Of a DNA stretch of 64,000 nucleotides, positions 37,516 to 48,114 are shown in pieces. The notes under the pieces are model-generated. The model was not told where the DNA came from. It saw nothing but the letters and a program-made list of their open reading frames with translations, and searched no databases. The position numbers were made by a program, and so were the translations under genes. The stretch comes from Setoptus koraiensis (lineage: Eukaryota; Animalia; Arthropoda): positions 15,438,001-15,502,000 of the forward strand of contig CM106585.1 of the NCBI GenBank assembly GCA_048013815.1. The letters are read 5' to 3'. Each line of letters starts with the position of its first letter. Positions within the stretch are counted from its first letter, which is position 1.

Positions 37516-38977
37516 TTAAGTGATGCAAACAAGTGCGCAACAACAACAACAACAACAACCAGCATACACATGTACATACATAGGACCTCAATTAATGATT
37601 GTCTTGGCCGTTGTCTGCTATAGCTAGACGGACAAAAATGTGACAGAGATGTGGCCAAAATGTTGGCGCGCCAGCTCGACAACCGCGAGCGCGCTACCTA
37701 AGCGACCTGCTTGATTGGTGGCCGCTTCAAAGGCTCGCTTTGTTCTGTGTCACGACAGCTTATATATCAATTCGTAAGATATTATGTGATATTTAGGTGT
37801 ACAAAACAATAGATAAAATATTTGTTATAGATGAAAGCAGGCGTCGCAAACCCACGATACAACACACACTCTCACAAGCGAATTGGGTGACTCAAGACGC
37901 CACCATTAGGGATTATATCATATGCTAAATATATCTATAGAAAACTACAAGAGACAGTGTTTTGTTTTCTCAGTCTCACATAGGCGCTTACTCACACAAT
38001 GCGTCTACCAACAAAATTCTGTATATATCGATACTGTCATGATGTCAAAATATATAAATTTGATAAAGAATGTCGTTACAACTTTCGCCCCAGTCGCACC
38101 GGATCAGCCAAATTTACTGAACCGCTAACGAGCCTCTCTCTCTCTCTCGCTCGCTCGCTCGCCGTCTCGGTATCTGTCTCGGTATATGTCGGCGGTGGAA
38201 ACTCGTAGCCGGCGAGCCAATTTTAATGCCACAAATAGTGAATGCTCGAGTTGGACAAATTGGAAAATTCTCGAGAGTTGTCGCGCTATCGCGGGCCAAT
38301 CAGCAGTGTTGCCGGGCCGACAAGCAGACGAGATAGGGCAACACTAGACTAGATTTTTGAGTCATTAACATTAACGTTGCGAGCTGCTAATTTGTCATCT
38401 CTGTCTAAACGATGCTCACAACGACAACTTGTCCGCATGCTTGCTGTTGCTCACACACTGTAGCCCAAACAGCGATTAGTAACAGGTGGTTTGTTGCGAC
38501 GAGCGACACAAGGTTGTATCAAGAGATAATGGGTTGATAATAAGGTTATAATAAAGTTAAGTGAGCTACGTCGGTGATCTATGGTCTGTGCGCCGGGCTG
38601 TTGGCCGCACAACATGTCGCCGCAACATCTTGAACAGATTATTATAATATGTGTAGTATGCCAAATACCACTTTTTGTTTTCCACTGCTTGCCTGTATCT
38701 CGTATCATCAAATATCATCAAATGTCACCGTGGCATCGTGTATGCCCATCAGTATAATCAGTATAATCGTCACCAAGATGACGCTTTAAAGTCTTTAAAT
38801 CGCCCAATCGTTTGTGTGTAGTATAATGTGATTATACTGGCGCATATCGCACATTATATTATTATATTTTGTTGTGGTGACTATATAAAATAGAGATTGT
38901 CATAATGATATAGCAATTACATCAGGTGCAGTGTTGTTGGGTGTTCGTCGGAGTCAAGTGCTTGTGCTCGTTGGCGG

Positions 38978-39023
38978 ATATCATATGGCCGCGATGACAG
39001 ATATCATCGCGGCCATATGATAT
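38978..39023. repeat. Perfect 20-bp inverted repeat with a 6-nt loop
   Basis: ATATCATATGGCCGCGATGA-CAGATA-TCATCGCGGCCATATGATAT. Confidence 0.92.
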
Positions 39024-39486
39024 ATCTGTCACATGGGCATCGCGGCGGCGGCGGCCACTCTAGCCGCCGCTCGGGCCACGACACAGACGGGCTGTCTGTC
39101 GATCGTCAAATTGTTACCAGATTGGCCGCAGCGAGCCAAGTGCGAAGAATAAAAGGATGCCAATTTATGCACAAGATAGACATGTCAGACACGGTTGCCA
39201 GTGACGAGCCGCGCCATCGCACCGTCGAAGGCTTCGATTCGAAGCCGCAGCAGCCAGCCAACGCGTTATAATGCCAGCCGACACTTATAATGCCTCTCAT
39301 ATGCCACACCACGCGCCGGCCTAATTAGATTAGGCACGCCAATCACTGTTTATTGTTTATACGTACTTGGACTTTATAACTGTGCAACTTTATAGCGATT
39401 TGCTGCTTCGCGAACGTTCGACTTTGCAAACTCTGTAGCCCAAGGCTCAGGTGGCGCAAATGGGCGTCAAACGGGCAAATATCGGC

Positions 39487-39540
39487 ACGGGCGAATCTCG
39501 GAACGGGCGAATCTCGGAACGGGCGAATCTTGGAACGGGC
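39487..39540. repeat. 16-bp minisatellite, about 3.4 copies (ACGGGCGAATCTCGGA)
   Basis: Units start at 39487, 39503, 39519 and 39535. Confidence 0.9.
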
Positions 39541-41241
39541 AAGCGGTCGAGCGGGCAAATCGGCAAATGGGCACATCGGCAAATTGGCAAACGGTCGCAG
39601 CAATTGGAACGAACGGGATTCAATCAGCTCGAGCCGACAGATTGAATTGAATTTAACTGTTTAATTGGTCGTCTCGTCAACAAGGGTGACAAACAAGCAA
39701 AGTGTCACTTTGTGTTACTTTGTTCCATCGACGACCATTGTGTGCTGCTACTGGTGAGATTAAGACAAATAGACCAACAACATTGTATCAATTGTGTTGC
39801 GTAACAAAAACAAATTGACGATACGACACAACAACGAGATGAATCGCGCGATAAGATTGCATTGACATGATTGCGCCGGCTACTGCCGGCGACAAGCGAA
39901 TCACGAGCGACACACAGCCAACGCAATAGTCGCATAGTCGCATGGGGCTGTGATTAATTGGGACAATCTCGTACTGTTGTCAGTGTTTGTTTGTTTGTTG
40001 GCAGCAACATATTTCATATGCTCATTGCGCTTGTTTGTCATTTGGGCTGCGAACACGTAAGCAGCCTAAATTATTTTATATTATTATTTGATATGCTGGC
40101 GAGCATGACAATTTTTCATTAGCCACACCGAGTGACATTGCCATTCGTTTGGTTGTGTCACACAGCTCACAAAATGACTTGGCATCATGTTGTCACAAGT
40201 CCACCTGTTGCGCCCGGCTGACTGGCCGACGACACAAAGTTTCAAAATGGTCTGACAGGGCAGAGCTCGCGAGTGGCGCCGTCATGTGGCGAGCAGCCAC
40301 CAAATAAGCAAATAATAAGCAAATAATAAGCGAGCATTAACAAGTCAAGTATTATTATCGGGTATAAATCAGAAACAAGAGCGCTTGTCAGTGTGGGATA
40401 TTGGCGCAAATCGCAACTTGTTGGGCATTGGCAGCGCGGCCACAAGTGACGCCATGATAGTCATCAGTGGCCAACCCCTGCCTCTCGAGCCACAAATCGC
40501 GAGCATCAGTTGGCAAAGTGAAATTAATCCGCTCTTGTTCTAATTAACAACAGAGCCATTGCGCAATGTGCTGCCTTCGGACGTCGCCAGCAGAAACGAG
40601 TGACAGCAAAGTGAAGGCACTGATTTTGCGATTGCCATTGTCTAGCCGAGCGATCGCAGACGCGCGACAGACCCTGCAGTCGAAACCTCGCGAAAACCTA
40701 CTGAAAATCTACTGAAAACCCACTGAAAACCTAGTGAAAACCTAGTGAAAACCTAGGGCAAGAAACTGCCACAGATAGTGCAGTGCGAGCAGCCGTTGCA
40801 GTGCAATTGTTGGACGCCTGTTGATTCAACAGTGTTGACTCAACAGTGTTGAGCAGTTGAGTTTGCGCGCCAGAGATGGCGTTCTCACAATCCAGTCCGG
40901 CTGGTGTTGTGATTCCAAGAATTATCGAAGAAGTTCGGGGAGGGGAGAAAAGAGTGAAGGAACGAAAAGGAGGTGAAAGTGAGCGGCGGCGGCGGCGGGG
41001 GGGGGGAGAAAGTGTGCGCGTCGAAGGTTGAAGTTGCAAGTTGTTTGTTTGTTGTTGTCCATTGTTGAGTGCCAGTTGTTTTTGTCTGGTCAAATGTGGA
41101 TCATTTAAAGTTTGGTTGTCATCGCGACAGCATCCACGGACAGCATCAGTTAGTTTAGTTGCAACATTGACAACATTTATCGCTTATATTTGCGCATATA
41201 TCCCATCCCATACACACACACACACACACCAACAAAGTATC

Positions 41242-44200
41242 ATGTCTCGCCTGGATCTAGTGTACGTGTCCGATCACAGAGTGTTGGAGAGATTGCTAAT
41301 TAGTGAAAGTAATCAAGTTATTAAATCGTCATATTTCCCCATGTCATCAAAAGCATCGCCAGCGTCGCCGTTGCACCAGCAACAGCAACAACACCAACAA
41401 CACCAACAACTACAACTACAACAACAACAACCACACCACCAACTACAACAACAACAACAACAACCACACCACCAACCATCACACCAGCAACAGCAACAAC
41501 AAGAAAATTCACATCCACACCAGCAGCAGCCTGTGGTGCAGACAAATTTCGATCAAAACGACAGGCGCTTGCTGGGCGAATGGCTGCTGGAGATTTGCCA
41601 AATTGAGGGTTGCCAGAATGACGTTTTTCCACTGAGTATGGCAATATTAGACGTTTTTTTGACAAAGGTGGAAATGAAACGGCGACAGTTACAACTGTTA
41701 GGAGCAGTGTGTTTAATTCTCGCATCAAAAGTGAGACAAACAAATCAGATTAGCCTGAAACAAATGCGATTTTACACAGACAATTCAGTGACAGTTCAAC
41801 AATTGATAGATTGGGAATTACTCGTGCTGGCCACACTAAAATGGGACGTCACATTTGTTTGCGCCATCGATTATCTGGACATACTCATAAGGAGGCCCCA
41901 GTGTATGCTGTTGATAGCCGACCAATACAAGAGCAAAAATTTCAACAAAAACTTCAACCGCAACCTGATGAGCATGACCACCTCATACAAGGCCCAATCA
42001 AGGAACGAGCTTTTGATGGAGATCGCCCAGAGTCTCATATACGATTGCAGCCTAGGTGAGTATCTACACACACACACACACATTAACAATTGCCGGCGAG
42101 GTGATGGTGTTGAATCAATTAGAATCACACACACACACACAACGGCCCGTCAAGAGAGTGATTTATATTTATGAGCTCTTTACAAACACTTTTGTGTGTT
42201 TGTTTATGTTGTTATGTAAGGGTTAAATGAGCAACGAGCTCACTTTTCGGTAGTTAGACAGGGCTTGTGCTTGTTAGTAACTTGACTGTAACAACAACAA
42301 CAACAGCAACAGCAACAACAAGCATGTTTATATACTGCTCTCTCGCTAATACGATGACCACATTACGTAACCACCAGCTCAGTCTACAACACACACACAC
42401 GCTAAACAAGGCGAGTGAACGAGCCAGCGACGAGTCGAGAATCTCGACTCGAGATGCAGTCAATTTCATGCTCCATTGATGGTTGCACTAGGTCAACACT
42501 TTAGACACTTTATTTCTTTCTCGGCCCGTCGGTTGCTGCTGCTGCCGGCGCTGCCAGATTGCTAATTGCGAGCCGGTTAAACTTCAAAACTCTGCCCTCT
42601 CAGCGACAGCTTGCCAAGCCAAGCGAACGCTGTTGAAATTTGATTGCCTTATTAACTAACATTACACGATATAGTGTTACACCATTATTTCCATTATTGC
42701 TAACTAACTTGATACAAATTTGTAAATTTGTTCAGTTTTAAATTTAATTTATTTTGTCAGTAGTAATTCAATTAGCAGCAGTACGACACCCACTCACCGG
42801 CTATGTCACTTCTGGCGGCTCACACTGCCCACTGGCGGAGTTGCGGCGAGACTGGCGGAGTTGCGGCGAGACTGGCGTCGATAGGGCGAGACTGGCGTCG
42901 ATAGGGCGAGACTGGCAGAGTTGCGACGAGACTGGCGGAGTTGCGGCGAGTCTGGCAGAGTTATGGCAAGGCCGCCGCGCTGTGGCAAGGTGAGAGCGTT
43001 GCGCAGCGCCGTCTCTCGTCCGACGGCCCAAACCGGCGTCGCGTAGCCAGTGTCGGCCTGACAGTGTCGGCCTGACAGTGTCAGGGCCGCTCGCACGGCC
43101 TCGAGTGCCTCTGGCCGTTGTTGGTGTTGTTGTTGTTGACCAGTGGTTGTTGCTGTTGTTGACCAGTGGTTGTTGGCGTCGCTGTTGATGGTGCCGGCCG
43201 AGAGGGGCTACTTGTAACCACATGTATTGGCGGCGGCGGGCGCACAAAACAATTAAACATTTTCACATGGACCTATAACGAAATCAGTGCGCCGCTTGTT
43301 CACATGACCACTGACCACTGGCCAGTGTGTCTGTGGACAGGCCAGAGATATTAGTGGAGCGCTGCACAGAAGTGCCAACGACAACAGTGGACAGTGCGCT
43401 GCACGTACTACGTCCGTGCTCGTGCATCTCTGGAATGTCTTTTTCTCGGGCGTCTTGTTTGCTGTCATGCCAACAACAATCAATATACTGTGCCACTGCC
43501 ACTCGCACTGTCCGTGTCTGTCCGTGTATGTACCTGACACAGGGTCTGAGTCGCCAAAACTTGGGTTTGCAGTGCGCGGTGCGGCGCGGCGCTGCAAACC
43601 CAAGTTGAGTGCTGGCTCGCAACAAAGCCAGCGAGCGCTCACCAACGGCCAAACAATGGCCACAATGGAGCGAGCGCAACTCTTTGGTTCTTTGTTCCCA
43701 CTTGCAACCAAACACCAATTGCAACTGACCAGTGGCCAGCGCCACTGACCAGTGCCCAGTGCGACTGACCAGTGGCATTGCAAGTGAGCGCAGCGTGCGA
43801 CTCTCGTGCGCAAACACGGGCATATCTGTCCGTATGTATGCTCGTATGTATGCTCGTATGTATGGGATGAGCGCCACTTGCTCCTCACACCCTATATCTT
43901 TTGTCTGCTCGCCATTGAATGGTCGCTGTTTAGCCATTGAATAGAGCCCGTTCAACCACCGAATGAGACTCTCGCACTGACAGAATCACCGATTCGTCGG
44001 TGCTTATATCTCCTTTTGCGCACATATAAGCATATAAGCGCTGCTCTCGGCGGTTGCCGTTGTTGTTGGCGCTGTTGTTGTTGTTGCCGGCGCTGTTGTC
44101 GTTGTTGCTGGCGCTGTTGTCGTTGTTGGTGCCGTTGTTGTTGTTGCTGTTGTTGTTGTTGTATCTGGCTCGCTGATCGCTGCAGCGACGCGCTCGGCTG

Positions 44201-46428
44201 CAATTGGCCAGCGTCCGCCACGGCCTTTGCCACGATTTCGGCCGCCAATTCGGCCGCGAATTATATATTTATCTGTTTGTGTTTGTGCGTGTGATAATCA
44301 CCAATAGCATGCGAATAATGGCAAACGTGCGATAGATTACAGTGTCTCAGACACTGCTGACATTCTTTGTGCTCGTCGTCGTCGTCGCGTTTGTTTGTCT
44401 GCTGCTCGGTCAGACCGCCTTCGTTAGCCTTCGTTAGCCCCGTTGGCCTTCGCCGGCTTCGTCGGCTTCGTTGGCCTCGTCGGCTTCGTTGGCCTTCGTC
44501 GGCTTCGTTAGCGTCACATCCCTCTCCGCCGCTGATATATAGCCGATATACAGCTGATGTGGAGCTGATGCGTAGCTGATATACAGCTGATATACAGCTG
44601 ATATACAGCTGATATATAGCTGATATATAGCTGATATATCGCTGGCCCGTCAGCACCGCGTACGTGTAAATGTACGTGTACGCGAACGTGTACGCGTACG
44701 TGTCGCATAGCGGCGCAACTCGCGCTTTCGCAAACTTGACCAATTTCGCCAGCCATTTAGGTGCACAAAACTGACCAGAAACTGGCCAGAAACCGGCTGA
44801 CCTGCACGCACTGTGCTAACACAGTTGCACAGTTCGTGCAACGGGCAGCTTTGGCGCCCCATTTGCAAAACTGTTGCTCGTGCTACCAGAGGTGCACACA
44901 ATGCTACTTTGTACTATCTGTGCTAATGTGCTGCGCAGGTGATTTTGTACATGCACCAGTGGCTGGCGATGCCTGACACCCTATAGACAAACAAGGGCAG
45001 GCCAACTGACCAGGGGAAGGCCGGCCGGACAACAACAAGTGGAAAGTAATTATCGAAGATTACAGTCGCAGTCGCAGAGCCAGAGTTAGCACAGAGACGA
45101 GATAATTATAGCAAATGCAAAGTATGCGCATCATCGCCATTTGAGGCGCTCTGTCGCTTCGTTGGGCTTCCACGAGCGGGCCAGAAATGAAGAAATGAGA
45201 TGCTGATGAAAACTGATGATCTATAAAGAAAATGATAAATTTGATTTTATGGTTTTATTTTATCGTTCATGCTCGTCGCTGTTTGTCGTGTCGGCTTCTT
45301 GTGAGTCGCTGCTGGAGCTGCCGTTGTTGTTGTTGTTGCTGCTGCTGTTGTTGCCGTTGATGCTGCTGCTGTTGTTGTTGCTCGTGTTGTTGTTGTTGTC
45401 GTTGTTAATGTTGTTGATGTCGGAATTAGAGTTAGAATATGTATTATTAGTTTTAGTATTAATAGCATTAGCGGCCTGTTTGCAGAGAGCCAGCCACGAG
45501 AGAGCCAGCGATGAGAGAGCCAGCGATGAGAGAGGAGAGAGCCAGAGATGAGCGAGATGAGAATAAGCATGACGCTGCCTGTCAGAGCCAGGGCAGCCAG
45601 TGTCCATGTTGATGTGGTATAAACGACGGCGACCAAAATGACGATGATGATAATAATAATAACAATAATAAAAAACAAGCGCAACTCGGCCCATTGTCTC
45701 AACACGCTCGCACTGGCTAACTCACTGCAGATATGCCAACAACAAGCGATACGCAAACAACAGCAACGACAGCAACAACAACAACAACACATCGGCCCAA
45801 ACCAACCGGCCAAAGCTAAACCCAAATATGCCAACATCACAATCGGTCATCGTGGCACGGCAACACTTGTTGCTCGTGCTTGTCCACTTGCCACGAGTTG
45901 CTACCATTGTGTCTGGCTGTCGTGTCCACTCGCGCTGGCCACTGCTTGTTGGCCGCCGTCCTTTGCGATTGTTGTCGGCCCGAGTGGCGCCACTCTGGGC
46001 CGCCCTTCTGCCGTCGCCCTGTGCCCTGAGCCCGTCGCCCTTCGGCCCGACCCGTCTCACCGCTTATCTGCAAACCCATTCGCATCCGCATACCCTCCCG
46101 CCTTTTCCCAACCGGCTCGATTTGCCCCCAGCGAGTCCGAGTCGCCCCCAACCAGCTCAATCTGCCCCCACCAAGCTTGCTAACAAACACTAACCAACTC
46201 TCTCTTTCTCTCTCTCTCTCGCCCCCATCACCTGTTGAATGTATTGTCATATCAACAGACTTCTCCTACAGCCTATATCCACCATCAGTGATTGCCTGCG
46301 CCTGTCTAACGCGCGCCCTCCAGTCCACTGTGCTTGCGCCCCCGATTAGCGACCAGATCAGCACGAAACAGCTTCTTCAAAAACTCAATTGCAAGATTTC
46401 AGAAACAACAACCCAATCAACAATTTAA
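41242..46428 (+). CDS. CycD: Cyclin D (G1/S-specific), 2 exons, 327 aa
   Basis: Exons 41242-42055 and 46259-46428 joined by a phase-1 intron (GTGAGT...CAACAG). Cyclin D hallmarks: D.RVL..LL..E, SYF..VQ, EWLLEICQ.EGCQNDVFPLSM..LD.FL, LQLLGAVCL.LASK, YTDNS, WELLVL..LKWD and YPPSVIA. A poly-Q/H insertion lies before the cyclin box. Confidence 0.88.
42831..42970. repeat. 20-bp minisatellite, about 7 copies (ACTGGCGGAGTTGCGGCGAG and variant ACTGGCGTCGATAGGGCGAG)
   Basis: The 20-nt periodicity is directly visible. Confidence 0.9.
45418..45995 (+). repeat. Duplicated segment C (cyclin D intron), direct copy at 47048-47622
   Basis: Long shared blocks, e.g. TGTCGGAATTAGAGTTAGAATATGTATTA, AATAATAAAAAACAAGCGCAACTCGGCCCATTGTCTCA and GCCAACATCACAATCGGTCATCGTGGCACGGCAACACTTGTTGCTCGTGCT. 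Confidence 0.93.
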
Positions 46429-46676
46429 CACACAACGTGACAACCATGACAATCCGAAGAGAAAAAAAAAAAATAAAAGTTTTTCACCCTTATTATGTTT
46501 CCAAAAATATAGCATCATCACACATTATTGTCACACCAACACAAACAATGTCACACTGTCAACGAGACAGTTATGCTATGCTTCCTAACTGCATATATAA
46601 ACAAACTAAAATCTAACAACTCAACTCAATACATTGCTGACAAGATCGTCTCGGTGTTGAGGTCTCAAATGTTTCT
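46378..46676 (+). repeat. Duplicated segment A' (copy of 51889-52204)
   Basis: Shared TCAAAAACTCAATT, AATAAAAGTTTTT, TTATTATGTTTCCAAAAATATA, CCAACACAAACAATGTCACACTGTCAAC, AACTAAAATCTAACAACTCAAC and ATCGTCTCGGTGTT. Confidence 0.92.
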
Positions 46677-47040
46677 ATGCATGTTGTTGTTTTTCAGAGA
46701 AGATTATGCTCGCCAATGCAACTTACCAATTATAGAATTTGCAGCCTTTGACATTGTACAAATGACCGATTTGCATATTTTGGCATAACCTCTCTCTGGG
46801 AATGTGTTGTCGCTTTGTGTGACACGACCCATCTATGAGGGACTTAATGTAAATATAATAGGTAGGTTGGGGTCCAGTGTGCAATTGAGTCGGCACTTGG
46901 TGGTTGCTTTGTTTGTTATCCTGTTGTATGTAGAATTCCAATGATTCTCGCATGTCTTTGGATGGCATGGGTCGTTTCATATCACACTTTATCATGTGCT
47001 GGTCGCGGTTGGACTGAATGAAAATTTCGCTCAGTTATCA
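46677..47040 (-). pseudogene. Decayed partial duplicate of VPS26C exon 4 with flanking intron sequence
   Basis: MIKCDMKRPMPSKDMRESLEFYIQQDNKQSNHQVP matches MIKCDMKRPMLTKDIQESLEFYIEYDNKQSNDQVP at 54672. It is followed by a frameshift and a deletion of about 215 bp relative to 54250-54464. The GTAAGT donor and GACCAG acceptor are retained. Confidence 0.9.
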
Positions 47041-47047
47041 CGGTTGT

Positions 47048-47622
47048 TGTCGGAATTAGAGTTAGAATATGTATTATCAGTGTTGGCAGCATTAACAGCA
47101 TCAGCGGCCTGCTTGCAAAGTGACGCAGCGATAGACAAGAGACGACCAGGGATGAGAATAAGCATGACGTTGGCTGCCCAACCGGCCAGTGTCTGTGTTG
47201 ATGAGGTACAAACGAGCACGGCCAGAATGACCACGATAATAGAAATAATAACAATAATAAAAAACAAGCGCAACTCGGCCCATTGTCTCAGCGCGCTCGC
47301 ACTGGCCAACTGAAAAGTCTCACAAGTTGTCAGTGGATACGCCAACAACAAGCAATACGCAAACAACAGCAACGACAGCAACAACAACAACACATCGGCC
47401 CAAACCAGCAGCTAAAGCCAAATGTGCCAACATCACAATCGGTCATCGTGGCACGGCAACACTTGTTGCTCGTGCTCGTCCACTTGCCACGAGTTGCTAC
47501 CATTGTGTCGTGTCGAGTGTCGACTCGCACTGGCCACTGTTGGCCGTCGTTGGCCCTTTGCGATGCTGGCCCTTTGCGATGTTGGCCCTTTGCGATTGTT
47601 GTCGGCCCAAGTGGCGCCACTC
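47048..47622 (+). repeat. Duplicated segment C' (copy of 45418-45995)
   Basis: Same shared blocks as segment C. It begins immediately after the VPS26C fragment. Confidence 0.93.
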
Positions 47623-47975
47623 GCCTCCGGGCCGCTCGCCCGCTTGTGCCCTCTACCTGGCGCGTCCGTCACCCCACCGGGCCGGCGATAACAAGTGCCG
47701 CTCTCAATAGCACATGACTTACGACCACAACAATGACCGCGACCCTGATGAGCGCCCAACGGTCCGCGCGGCTAGGTGCGCGCCCGCCAACAGGTGTCGG
47801 CCGCGGCGGACACGACGCGCCAACATTCCGGGCTGGCGTGACTCGCCGGCTGTCAGAGTGATGGAAAAGCGTGATTCCGTTGATTGAGTCCGTTCAATCA
47901 TTGAGCAGCAACCGCTCGTGTAATTGAGTGCGACAGTGGCGCTATTATCTCATCTTATCTCCATTCCCGTTCGCC

Positions 47976-48114
47976 TGTTTACTCTGTACGTCGGTTTACT
48001 CTATCCGTCGGTTTACCCTGTCCGTTGGTTCACTCTGTCCGTTGGTTCACTCTGTCCGCTGGTTTACTCTGTCCCCTGGTTCACTCTGTCCGCTGGTTTA
48101 CTCTGTCCCCTGGT
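47976..48114. repeat. 17-bp minisatellite, about 8 copies (GGTTCACTCTGTCCGTT)
   Basis: The 17-nt periodicity is directly visible. Confidence 0.9.

Noticed and set aside
38915-38935. CATCAGGTGC resembling part of miR-305
   Set aside because: Only a 10-nt match, the seed does not match, and there is no precursor hairpin.
42056-42174. In-frame read-through of the cyclin D intron as a real C-terminus
   Set aside because: There is a strong GTGAGT donor, a phase-compatible downstream exon with the conserved YPPSVIA, and (CA)n content in the read-through.
43253-43955. 211-aa and 223-aa ORFs on the - strand in the cyclin D intron
   Set aside because: They contain tandem-repeat-derived text (YEHTYEHT, IRAYIRAY) and no domain signal.
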